64,000 nucleotides of DNA from Thalia democratica (Eukaryota): positions 41,230,001 to 41,294,000 of the forward strand of contig OZ241826.1 in NCBI GenBank assembly GCA_965202585.1, in the 5' to 3' direction. Positions within the stretch are counted from its first letter, which is position 1. The number at the start of each line of letters is the position of its first letter. The notes under the pieces are model-generated. The model was not told where the DNA came from. It saw only the letters and a list, made by a program, of their open reading frames with translations, and ran no database searches. A program made the translations under genes and the position numbers. Below, piece after piece: positions 24,830 to 37,007 of the stretch.

Positions 24830-25110
24830 ATTTCTTCACCAATCACCGCAAAATCAATATCTTGCGGTAAGTAAGCTAAGTTGAAAAATCGCTTAAACAG
24901 TACAGGTTTAAGTATCATTCCACAAGCGACTGTAAACAAAAAATAAAAACAAAGCTAAGCAGAGCAGAGGCAACTCGAGCAGGGAAAACTTGAGTAGTAG
25001 AAACTAAAGCACCGGCAACTCGGATTTTATTATTCTGCACTACCTAAGAAAAACACCACGCGACTTCGACCAGCCAATCCGAAACATATGGCCCGCTGTA
25101 CTTTTTTAGT
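24830..25110 (+). promoter_or_regulatory. CpG-rich segment with CCAAT boxes and a consensus splice donor
   Basis: CCAAT at 24839-24843 and 25074-25078 (AGCCAATC). GCG|GTAAGT donor at 24867. Confidence 0.3.
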
Positions 25111-25415
25111 TAACCAGCATCTTACGTGTAAAGCTAAATATAAAAAAGTTAACCATTGCTTTAAGTTAGTTAATAAATGTTATTAAAAATAAACGTACTT
25201 TGCGAATAACTAAAAATGTGCACTCTGAAAACAACTAAATCAAATAGCTAATTATGTACTATATTTTTGTTCATTTCGTTTAAAGTAGTTTACATATACA
25301 TACTATCTTGGAAAATTGCAATAATTTTTTTAGACTTCGCAAAGAAATTTGTAACTTTATGTAACTTTAGCTTTGAACAAATTTGGGAAAATAGTTCTAT
25401 CAAAAAACAGCTTGT

Positions 25416-25432
25416 GTCACTTCCGACAATAC
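25416..25432 (+). promoter_or_regulatory. Conserved upstream motif GTCAYTTCCGAC(A/G)ATA, copy before receptor 1
   Basis: Same motif at 36051, 47784 and 57288, one upstream of each receptor gene. Contains an ETS-like ACTTCCG core. Confidence 0.5.
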
Positions 25433-26672
25433 AATTTACAATTTAAGCAAGAAATTTATTATATACTTTACAAAATAAAGCCTACATTTTCTATGTTAAG
25501 AAGATAAAAGCAGGTTTTAAGTAATTTTAGCTAGATATTTTTAAATTGATTTAGTGGATGTTTTCGTTAAAAACAATAAACGAGTGCATAAAAATATAAG
25601 TTCTTAGTGGAAGCTACACTAAAAGAGAACTGGTTATTTATAGTTATTTAATTTTAAATTTAAATGATTGAGTTTAACAGCTACAAATATATTTTTATAG
25701 TTTTAGTCAAATAATGAAATATTTTATGAGTTTTTAAAGCTTGTACTTTAAATAAAACAAAACTTTACTAAAACATTAAACTTATTAAAAAATAAACTGT
25801 AGTTGTTTTTTCGTTATACTTTAAAGAGTTATTTATTGTACATATTGTGCAGTATCGAATAAATTAAAAATAATTTAGCAATACTTTTTTTATTACTCTT
25901 ACACGTAAAAATATTTTTTATTTTTAAAAACTTTCTTCTAACATTTGCGTATATTTTACTAAATATGATAGTTTATAAAAAGTAAAATTAGTTAAACAAT
26001 TTAAATTAAAGTAAAAATATTTATATAAATTGTTTACTTTGTGAAAGCCATTCTATGAATAACTTATTAGACTTCAAGTTATTAAAAATTTAAATAAGAT
26101 TTAATTAGAATTAGACTATATAGCAATTATAAAAAAATACTTGCGTGCTTTCACACTAGTTAGTAAATTTATAAAAATAAAAAATGACATCAAAAATTAG
26201 AAACAGTTTAATAAGCTTAAAGCTCAAATAAATAAGTAAATAAAAGTTAATAGTTTTTTATTTGATAAAAATAAAATACAAAACGTTTCAAAGAGTATAA
26301 ATACTGTAAAACTTAAAAAATTTGCATTTTTATTACTTACATAAATGATCATATAAATAATTTTAAATAAACATTTAAACTCTAACTATCCTGTTTTGTA
26401 AAATAATTCGACGATAACAAAACATAATATAGTTCTGATTTTAAAACTAAATACGTTTGGTGCTTAAATTAGTGGTCAGGCTAAGCAATCAATTAATGAT
26501 GACAAAATTAATTAATAAATCTAGAATGTAATACTTGGAATTATAGGATGATAAACATTTTTTATTAGTATTAGTGTATATTATATACTTATGTCAATTA
26601 TGAAATGTTTTGTTTTTCGAGAAACAAAATTGTTTTTCAGAAACCTATTTAATTTAAGGTCTTTCATTAGGA

Positions 26673-29600
26673 ATGTTCCTAAATTCGACAGAAGCTTCGC
26701 TTGAAGAAATTTCACTAAACATTGTTGGAGGTGGTGTGAGAAACATTGAAATAGTCCAGTATGATGACCCAACGCAGTTGGAAGGAACGTACCGTTTCAC
26801 ACAAACAGTGGAAAGAGTGTTAGATAACGGAGAAGAGATTTTTGTGAGCGAAACTGTTTGGCTTGGAAACGAACGTCTCCGTAGTATTGAAAGGCACCCT
26901 CCGGAAAATCCCCGCCTTCCATTCTGTCAAAACGACGACCATGAGTCGGAAGTTCGAACAATTAAAAAATTTTGCAGACCAGTGGTCTTTTGTAGCTATG
27001 AAGCTTATGAAAAATGTGCAAACAAGTCTTTTTCAGCTTGTGATAGCTGCAGGTTTGACTTAGTTTAGAAAATATTACAAGTTTGTTTTCGAACGGCTAT
27101 AAGGTTTATTTAAAATAAATATTAGAAAATTAAAACTAATGATGTTAACAGCAAAGGAGTTTTTTCTTTCACATTGTTTATCATACTATTACTTGGGCTG
27201 TTGATTGTTACAGGAAATTTGTCATACCTATTTTATTTATTGAAGAAAAAGAAATGCTTTTCCACGTTTTCACTACTTCAAAGTTTTTCTATTTGTGCAG
27301 ATGTTTTGACTGGTAGTACTTTACTGTTATTCATTTTTAAGTCAAAATAAACAAGTAATGTTTTTTTTTTCAGGTTTATTCGTTTTTGCTGTATTTCTTC
27401 CTAACTTTACTTCTACGTATTACGGAACTGCGACGCAATTGTTTGAATACGTCATGTTACAACGAAACAGTAGCAGTGCTAATTTTCAAGGAATATTGTT
27501 TATATTTGTTTTTCTGGCAAATTTCTATTTGTTGAAAACGATTAGCGTATTAAAATTGGTTTCAATTTGCTTTCCTTGGGTGAATATATCGAAGAAAAGG
27601 ATTTTAATACTAGCACTGGCAACTTTGATGTTTTCCTTGGCTATTCCGATCTTATTTTGTAAGTTCCTTTCAACTAAGTGGTTTTCGCTGTTCTTAATGC
27701 TGATAAAAAGTTTCACAATATACGTTTAATAATGATACAGCAAAAATATAATTAAGATAAAGTTACTTTAATCTAATTGTTCTCGAAGTACAGGTAAAAA
27801 GTTATTAAATAAACAAAGATATATAAAAATAAACTGCCGGTTTTTTTTTAATTTCGAAGGAACTTTAATTGCAAATAATAAAATTTATATTAATCTATTG
27901 TGTTGCACAGAAACAACTACTTTGTTCATATTTTTTGCATATCTTTCATATACTTTAAGATAAAAAATAATTTAGTTTATTCTTTTTAAATGTATGAATA
28001 GTTGTATACTGTATAATGATTACTGTTAGTCAGTTTATAACGCGTTTAAAACAATATCGAGCTTTTGTTATACATTACACAACCTATAATACTACAAAAC
28101 AGAAAACTTAATCAAAATAAAAAAGTTTAACTACTTTGTACAAAATTTATCTATTATGGTATTTGATTACAAACTTGTAAACAAACTTTTGCTTTTCTAA
28201 CGTGACTAGCAAATTAGAATGAATGTATAGTATAGCTTTTGACAGCGAAAGTTTACACAGAAACAACAAAAAAAAATTTAAAGTAGTTTTATATATGTAA
28301 GTAAAACTATTCATCGTTAATCAAGAAAAAATTTGTGAAATACTTTGTTAAATTTGTGTAAACACTAATTATAACTTCGATAAGAGAAAAACTAAATACA
28401 ATAACAAGTTTTTAATGCTATATTTGTAAAATAAAAATAAAAATTATTTTTACAGTAAATTTTCCAAAGGACATTCAATTTTCTTATCAATACGACTATT
28501 TCATTTTCTTTATTGAAATCCTACCGAATTCAATTGTTGTTAAAACTTCCATTTTTCTTCTACTTTTTATCGTTATAATTCCTTACGTTATTATGGTTAG
28601 TTTTATTAAATATTTTAACTTTAATATTTATCAAAGTAATCAAAAAAAAAAAAAAAATTACAAGCTTCGAATCAATAACTTACTTAACTTTTTACAATGC
28701 TAAGATTAAAACAAACAAAGTAATAATTACATAATTCCTGTAAAGTTTTATAGTTTGTAAAACAATAGTATAGCCTAACTTTATAAAATAATTTTTATAA
28801 TAATTTTAGTTTACAAATTGAGCTTAAATAATCTTTTTAAAACTTTAAAGTAGTATGTTTAAAATATTAAAGTTCTCCAAACATAAGAACATTCACGAAT
28901 TTAAGTATGTAAGTAAGTAAATTGTTAAGTATTTATATTTTATAACAAAAAAAAATGTTCAAGATACAAGTTTTGAGAAACTTTATACTAAATAAAGCTA
29001 TACTTGTTTTTAGGTTTTAGAAAACGTATACACTAATTTAACAAACATACTTTGTTATAGGCTTTTATAAACATTTGTACCATAAATAAAAACAAAATAA
29101 AAGCTGTCTAAAATTAAGTATTTTGAAATTATCATTTTAAATACTGGATTTTACGGTTTTTGAGACCAATTTAATTTAGAGTAAACTATAGTTTTTTTAT
29201 GTTTATCTAAGCAGTTTGCTTTTATTTTACTCAATTCGTAGGTACTTGCTACAATCGCATTGTACATAGTTATAAGGAACAAGTTCAAACAGTCCCGAAA
29301 ATTAACAAAACAAAGTAACAAAATAAATGCTATGGAAAGAAAAGTCGCAGTGAAAATATCACTAATGGTCTTGGCGTTCACTGTAACCACATGTTAGTCT
29401 TTGTTTGTTTATATACAAAGAGTATCTACAGATTTGATATTTTATAAATTTACAGTGCCTTTCATGATTTCTGTAATAGTTGAGAACAACAAAAAGAGTT
29501 GTGTAACTAAAACAAACCATTTGTTTAGAACTTTCTACTTGTTTTTTGCTAGAAGGTTAGTTTATAGTTTTAATTTTTTTGTTTGAATAAACATTAACAC

Positions 29601-29909
29601 CTACTTTTAAACTGAAACTTAAAAAGTATAAAAAGTTTAATTCAACTTTGGTAAATTTAAAAATATTTAAAATATTTTTTGTTAAAAAAAAATCATTTAG
29701 CTTTTTGTTTACTAAAAATTGTCGAAGTAATGTTTTAAACACTAAAAAAAACTTATGAGTTTTAAACAAATAACATGTTTGAGATTAAAAAATCTATATT
29801 GTATATTACATGTTTTATTGTTTACAGCCTTATGAATGCAGTAATATACATTGCAACCGACTCGAAATACAGGAAAACCATCAGAAAAGCACTAAAAAAA
29901 TGTTTTTAA
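26673..29909 (+). CDS. Atypical rhodopsin-like (class A) 7TM receptor, paralog 1, 432 aa, 7 exons
   Basis: Exons 26673-27052, 27152-27312, 27374-27658, 28456-28595, 29242-29392, 29456-29555, 29828-29909; all GT-AG, phases 2,1,1,0,1,2, total 1299 nt. Motifs: TM1 LLIVTGN, TM2 SICADVLTG, TM3 TISVLKLVSICFP, TM4 FSLAIP, TM5 IIPY, TM6 ERKVAVKISLMVLAFTVTTLP, TM7 LMNAVIY, helix 8 DSKYRK. Confidence 0.9.
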
Positions 29910-32216
29910 CTTAAAGTTAATTAATATCTACTTGTAACATTTGTGAAAGTGGTTTTGTATAAATTTTAAGTTTATACTTAGTTATATTTATAGAAGCTTG
30001 GTAATAAGTAAAACTCTAATTTAAAAGAGTATGTAAAATTTGTATCATCTGTCATAAAAGTTTGAAGAAAAAAAAATATTTAAATGTTTATGATTGTAAA
30101 GTAGAACTACGCTATAGTTAATTTAACTTTATGTTTAAAAGGTTTTATCGTTTACCTGTATTAAGCATTTACACATGAGATTTATAAAAGCTATACCTTA
30201 ATAATGTTTGAAATAAAAAAATATCCTTTTTGCTTGTATTTAAGGTTTTGTTCATTGACGTTTAAACAAAAAGAGAGTACTAATTTGCTGACTTTATTTT
30301 TGTTTTTAAGTTAAGGAGTCAGTTTTTTAAAACCTTTTAGTACATTGGTATAACTTTACTTCGTTATCAATGAAAAAAGAAAGTCTCTTTTTCTTACAAT
30401 ATCTTTACTATATTAAACAATACCCCTATACAAAATAGTTATTAAATCTAAATATATTTTTTGATGTACTGAATTACTTAAACTTAGTTAATTTTTTATG
30501 ATTGGAAATCAGTTTAAAACAAGCAACAATAAATTAAACTTTTAATCTGTTTAACAAACTAAACAAAAACAAAAATTGTAAAATAATTAAAAAGTCTTGA
30601 TTTGTTGGTAGTACATTAAAGACTTGTAATAAAATATTTTCAACTATTTGTTTTTACTTTTTTAAAATTACAGCATGTTTTCTTGTTTTGATGTTTTATT
30701 TAAACTTAAACTGTTAAATATATCACAAAATAAAAATTTTAAAGAATAATTTTGGAAAAAAAATATGCTAAAATTTAAATTAATTACTTTTGACACAAAA
30801 CTTACAAGCAGTAAATAACTTGCCGTTCTCTATATAAAAGTCTGTAGGATATATTTTTATGTGAAGAATACTTATATGCAAATACACTGTTGCATCAGTT
30901 AAACTATACACTACAAATTATTCAATTTTCTTGCAACAGTTTCACTGTTTTAATAGCTTTTCGAGTCGATATATAACTAAATTTTTAGACTTTATTTTAT
31001 CTATTTTTAAATGATGATAATTTAGGTAGAATATAAATAAATAAGTTAAAGTTAGCTAAGACGTTTACTAAAACTAAACGTAAACATATCAGTAAACAAT
31101 GATAATACTAAGATTACAGTAGTGGAAAAAACGGCATAACAAACTGGTTGAATTCTTTAAAAATCCTTAAACCTTGTTTGTAGAATTCAATACAGCTACT
31201 TTTAACCAAAGTATAATTAAAAGCACAGTTAAGAATTTTAGTTTACAAAAAGTTTTAGACAGACTTATAATAAAGATAAAAATTCAATACTACCTAAATG
31301 TTAATCATAATTTCTTTATAAAAACTTAAATTTTAATAAATTTAATCAAAAACTATTCTTTTAAACTTAAACTTTTAAAATCAAAAAACTAAAATTTAAA
31401 ACAAGTATTTATTGTTAATTCGTTTGTTCTAGCTTTATAAAAAGTTTATAACCTTTAAATATAACTTTTTTTAAGCTTATCAAAGTAATGTAGGTCAAAA
31501 TTTTATGGAAGATATTGTTTTTTTCAATTTTTCGTGAATTTTTGATTTTTCCTGTACCCTTTCGAAGCATCGTTAGTCACGGGTTAAAGCACATTAAAGC
31601 ACGGGTCAGCAGCCTATTAATTCCATTAAAAAAAAATCTAATCCTGTAGTGTGAAAAGACTTCGAATAAGTAATCGTGTTTACGCTACTTACTTTGTTTA
31701 AATTCTGGAAAAAATTGAAGCATAGACTGTTGCCGTTAGTGCGACTATAAAAAAAAGACGGTAGTTTACGTAGTTTAATTGTATATATTTTGTTTTTAAT
31801 AAGACGATTAATTAAAATGTTATCAAAGACGTTTGCAACAACTGTAGCAAAAGATAAAGCATTTAAAAACAAACACAAAATTTATAAGTTAAATCAAATT
31901 AAATATACTATACATTAGTGTGAAGTTTATATTTTTGTCGCTTCCCATAATAACAATTTTCAGTTTTTAGTACGTACAGACTTTTTATTGTGAAATAAAT
32001 CTTTTATACTATTTTATTTTTAAATGTCAGAAAACTTCAGATAGCTACAATCAGCTTTAAGTGAATAATAAAGTATACATGTGATAGATCGAAAAGGTTT
32101 GTTTTATCATTTCAAATTAAAATAAGTATTTTATTATTGCTAAATAATGTTCAAAAAGTATAAGTAAGAGTCAATGTTTGTTTTTAAGTAAAAAAGTAGA
32201 GCAAAAAATAAACTAT

Positions 32217-32700
32217 AAAGTATTAAAAATATGGCAGCAAAAGATCACCAATGAGGAAGTATTGAGACGTACTGGTCTTACCACTATGTACTTTACCCTC
32301 AATCAGCGCAGGCTTCGCTGGCTCGGTCATATCCTGAGAATGAATACTGAGCGGATCCCAAAGTTTCTATTGTATGGCGAGTTGGTCGTTGGCAAACGAA
32401 ACCGAGGACGTCCAAAATTACGTTTTAAGGATGTATGCAAGCGCGACCTAAAAAGCTTGAACATTGGAACTGATGATTGGGAGTTGCTTGCAAATGACCG
32501 TGCCAAATGGAGATCAACTATACACAAAAGACTGCAAGAAAGAGAACTGGAATATTTTAGAAAAACGAAGAAGAAGATGAAGAAATAAGAAGCAGAATGA
32601 ATTTAATTGTTTTTTTTTTAAACATGTAATTTTTTTTTTTTTCTTCTCTGTGCACAACACGCATAGCCGATCTCGGCTGATAGCGGGCCTTATTATTATA
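32217..32700 (+). mobile_element. RTE-clade LINE, 5'-truncated 3' fragment
   Basis: WQQKITNEEVLRRTG...RRLRWLGHILRM...RIPK.LLYGEL..GKR.RGRPKLRFKDVCKRDLK is the typical RTE/BovB-like ORF C-terminus. Stop at 32588, then a GC hairpin (AGCCGA..TCGGCT) and a (TAT)n tail. Possible TSD tattaaaaa. Confidence 0.88.
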
Positions 32701-35149
32701 TTAAAAAAATATAACTTTTAAACAAAAATGAACAAGTAGGAGTGTTATAGTTTTTTTAACGTCAAATAATGAAAAGTCTAATAATACTGCCATTTTTAAT
32801 AAATTTACAACGTTACTTTGTCACAGTTTAGTCAAAGAAAAGTGTTAACAAACGAAGGGTTTTAAGTATTTACTATATCAAAAAAAAACTAGATTTTATT
32901 TTATAAAGTTCTCAGTTTTAACAACATTATATAAATATTCACGTAACTTTAATACTTTAACAATGTAAATAAAGTATCTATCTTCATTTAGATTTTCTCG
33001 TAGAAACTTTTTCTTTCTTAGATTGACAGACTTGAACATAAGTATTTAGTTTATCAGAGTACTAAACTTTATACTGATATTTTTCATGACTCAAATATTT
33101 AATCGAGGTTTATAAGTCGACTTAAGAGATATTTAACTAAAACATTAAAATAATGTAAAAGTAGGTTGCAATAGGGATATCATTTTAATATTTTTGCAGA
33201 ATAAATTGATTTTTATTTTAACAACAGTTTTCAAAGAACAGATTGATTGGGTTTTAACAGCGTCGTTCCAGTCTATATTGCTGCAGCTATATTTAAGCAA
33301 TTTAAAAAACTGCGGCCCACGAGAAAGTTTTTCTGGAACAATTAACTCGACTTATAAAAAAATACTGATACCTAATTGTTACTATTAGTAAAAAAAATTA
33401 GTAAGTCAGTAGTTCTTTTGTGTATATACTACTATTTTGTAGTAAGTCTTAAAAAAATATAAAAACTATTAACCAAATTGACTAAAAGTACTTTTAAGTC
33501 ATAAAATTAAAAGTAACTTTGTTTGTTCATATTAGTTTTCTTATAGAAATGACGTTAAAGTAGGCATTTTTTTCTACTAACATCAGTAATCTTAATTATA
33601 TACTTCTTCGTTTTTTGTTTTTTTCCGTGGTCTATCTTTTTATAGTTCAACCTGCAATAGGTATAGGTATAACTGGTATAGGTGTAGGTTATATATATTT
33701 ATTTATAGTAATGTAACTCGAAAAACTAAAGTAGATTAAATTATACTTTTTTGAATTTTTTAGTTTTCTTAAACATTTCATTTAACCACATGTATATTTT
33801 AACTTTCGCAATTCTATCTGTCTTTGAATTTAAGAAGAAAGTTGATAGGCCTATGTTTACTATTCTAAACTAGATATTTTCACCATTAAAGTACTATTTA
33901 TATTGTATGTTATGTAATTCTAAGTAAATTTTCATATTCTTTCTGTTTTTTTTTACTGATTGTGTTATTACTGTGTTTTTTTTGTTTTTCTAAAAGTATT
34001 AGATTTTAATAATCAAAAATAATTTTATTTTATGTTGTATTTAAAATAGCTAAAATTAATATTTGATTTTTAGCTCAATGATCGGAAGGATTTTTCATAA
34101 ACAAAAATTTTAGAAAAACTAACTACTTTATACTTTCCTTTTGTGTGAAGAGTATATACGTATTTTTGTAAATACAATATTTATTTGGAAGCATAAAATT
34201 TAAGATAAAAATATAGTGTAATTAAAAAAAAATAATTTATAACTCTACTAACTGCTCTAAAGCATTTCTTTAAAAACTTAAGAATTTCTAATTTTCGTTT
34301 GTATATACTAATTTACTAAAAAACCAAGTTAAAGCCAAATTCACGTTTTCAAGCAAGTTATATAAATTTTGTTTAATTAAAATCTGAGTTTGTTTGGCTA
34401 AGTCAGTCTTGTTTTTATTTATTAAAAATTAAAGATAAAAGTAAAATTTAAGATTAAATTAGCTTGTTTTGGTTTTGTTCATGCAAAACTCTACTATTTT
34501 ATGAAAATAAACATTATAATGAATATGTAAACAGGCTGTACCTCATGATGTCTTATATTGTATTCTAGTTTTTTATAATTTTGTTTAACATTGCATATTA
34601 GTAAGAAAGCAATTATTAATTTTAATTTTTTAACTTTTTAATTAGTCTGCTATTTTAAATAATTGTTTTACTGTGGAGTACTGCTTTAAACATGCCGTCT
34701 TCTATTGGAAAAATAGTAATTTGGGGATAAAAACGTTTTTTTTTAGACTCAAGTAGTTTAACTAGAAGCGGCAAAAGTGATAAAGCGCTGCTTTAATTCG
34801 GGCCGTACTTTAGCTGTACAACACTGAATTAAAATAACTCTATTTCAAAGCTAAGAAATTCAGTTTTACAACAGTTTGAAATTTATTTTGATAGCTTAAA
34901 AGATAAAAAAAATAATGTAGTCATGAAGTTGTACAAAAACAACAGCCAAAGTACAATTGACCGTCGTTAATTTTCGTGCAATTCTTTTTCTTCAAATCTT
35001 TATTTTGATATTTGAAACAATGTAATAATGGAGCAGCAAGTTAAAAATAAACTAATTTTTAATATATGAAACCTTTTGAATTGCTTAAGTTAAGGCTGAG
35101 TGAAACTCAGTACCGTGTCAATTAAAAAATAGTTTTCAAAAAATACTGA

Positions 35150-35460
35150 ATGAACCATCAAAAAAGAAGCGATAAAATCAGAACGTTTAAGCGAGAAAAA
35201 AGACGCAGGTCACGCGAGTCAGTGAAGCTAGCAAGCGTAGCAACAGGAGCAGGCCAAGTAGCAGCTTTTGAAATTTGAAGTAAGCCAGCTAGGAGGTGGA
35301 GATAAAAAGTTAGCGGTACGAGCTTGCAGGCGCGTGCGTAGCGAAGCAACCAAATCAGGAAGCTACGCTAGCGGGTGAAACTAAAAGCGAGGCAACAAGC
35401 GCAGTTTACTAAAAACGAGCAAAGAGTTAACAAGACGAAACGCTCACAGCTCAAAGCACA
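35150..35460 (+). other. Unexplained purine-skewed, GC-richer island, possibly decayed coding sequence
   Basis: A/G-rich plus strand with many CpG and CAG/TAG triplets. One frame reads as K/R/S/Q-rich peptide interrupted by TAG/TGA stops. Confidence 0.3.
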
Positions 35461-37007
35461 AGTTTTAAGTTATGTTTTTTTAATGAGTACTTCTTTTTTG
35501 TATCATCTAAAATAATTTACCACGCGTCGCTACTGTATAATAATATAAAGCAGGTTTTTCAAAATTAGTTTAAATATTAATCTCCCACTTAGTAAAAATT
35601 CAAAAAAAAATCACCGTATATTAAATACCGTTCTTTATTAGTTGATTACTCATTTACATTTTAACCCCTTATTAGTAATTGCCTACTACTGAAAGCAAAA
35701 ATTTCCCAAAAGGGTCGTATTGACAACTTTGAAAAACCGTTCTGTAGAAAACAGGACTTTGTAAACTTACTGTATATTTATATTTGCATCAATCTTTTTA
35801 AATAAGTGATCATAATTTTATCCATAAAATAGTTATGTTACTTAAGCAAGAAAGTTACCTACAAAGAAATATACGGTTTCAATAATTCAAAGTATAGAAA
35901 AAGTCTGTTGCTTAGTTAACTGAACATCTTTAAACATACTAAATTATTATTGCTAGTTACCAAAAGATTATTTTAAATTTTTTATATAACACTAAACAAA
36001 TTTGGTATTTTAAATTCAAATATGCATTTAAATGTTAAGTGTTCATTTTTGTCATTTCCGACGATAGAACTTATTTAGTTTTTGGTGCATGGTAGTTAGT
36101 CATTGTAAATCATTTCTTTAGAGTAATTTTAGTTTCAGTTTAGAAGTAGTTTATAGTAACTTTTAATTATACTTTTAAGTATATTTCGCTATATTCCTTG
36201 TTTGATCGAACAGTTGTGTTTACTAGCTAAAAGTTTCGAAAATGATTTAAGTATCATTAAGCAACGTAGAAATAAAACGCGGTAGTAATTAATGGATTAC
36301 TAAAGTAAAATAAATTAAAGCTCGGTGTAGAGCAGTGATTCTCAATTAGTTTTACTCTTCACCATAACCAAAGTATTTATTACATTTGGTATACTTGCTT
36401 ATAGTGTGAGCGTTATGATAAATCATAAATATTTTAAACTTTTTAGAAACTGATAAAATAACTAAAGTTTATATTAATTTTTTAGTTAATTTTGACAACT
36501 ATTTGTATAAAATTTAAGAAAAAATTTCAGTGCACAGAAAAAATACTGAAGCAAAATGTATTGCACACTTAGTAAATCACTATAAAAAACTTTTTTTCAT
36601 CTAGTTTTTGAGCATAGTTTAAGATATTAAAGCAACGTTTTTTAAAGTGCAACGAAGAAACAAAACTTAAACAAAACTAATAAAAACAAAATAAATTAGT
36701 GACAAAAAAATAACCAGACAGCTATAGTCTTGTATAAAAATTTAATGTGTATATATTTATCTATTTTCTTATTTGAGTTATTTTACGAAAAAAAGAAATA
36801 TTACAGTTTAGTTATAACAAGCTTTTATGAAGAATTTTACTAACTAAGTTCATACTTTGTTTTTTACAAACAATTTAGCTGATTATTAACAATTATTATT
36901 TTTAGTAAGTTGTCCGTTTTCAACTTTGCATATGAACGTGTTTTGTTTTTCGAAGTTGTCAGATAAATTTTTATCATTTTCAGTTACTTGGAACTCTTTT
37001 ACTAGAA

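Noticed and set aside
24158-24870. UGA recoding (selenocysteine or Trp) to explain the in-frame TGA codons
   Set aside because: No SECIS was identified, a frameshift remains without splicing, and decay or short introns explain the pattern more simply.
25040-25085. DWLVEV cyclin-box-like peptide on the minus strand
   Set aside because: The frame closes after 4 more codons. The peptide is simply the reverse complement of an AGCCAATC CCAAT box.
26600-26703. Out-of-frame upstream ATG (atgaa..gttttgtttttcga) similar before receptors 1-3
   Set aside because: The encoded peptides are not conserved, and it probably lies in an intron or outron upstream of the acceptor.
31606-31878. 90-aa minus-strand hydrophobic ORF
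   Set aside because: Non-ATG start, AT-rich composition typical of chance ORFs, and no partner exons or paralog.
33194-33388. Open frame after a good acceptor (tttttgcag)
   Set aside because: No donor, no matching upstream exon and no similarity to the receptor exons. It cannot be supported.
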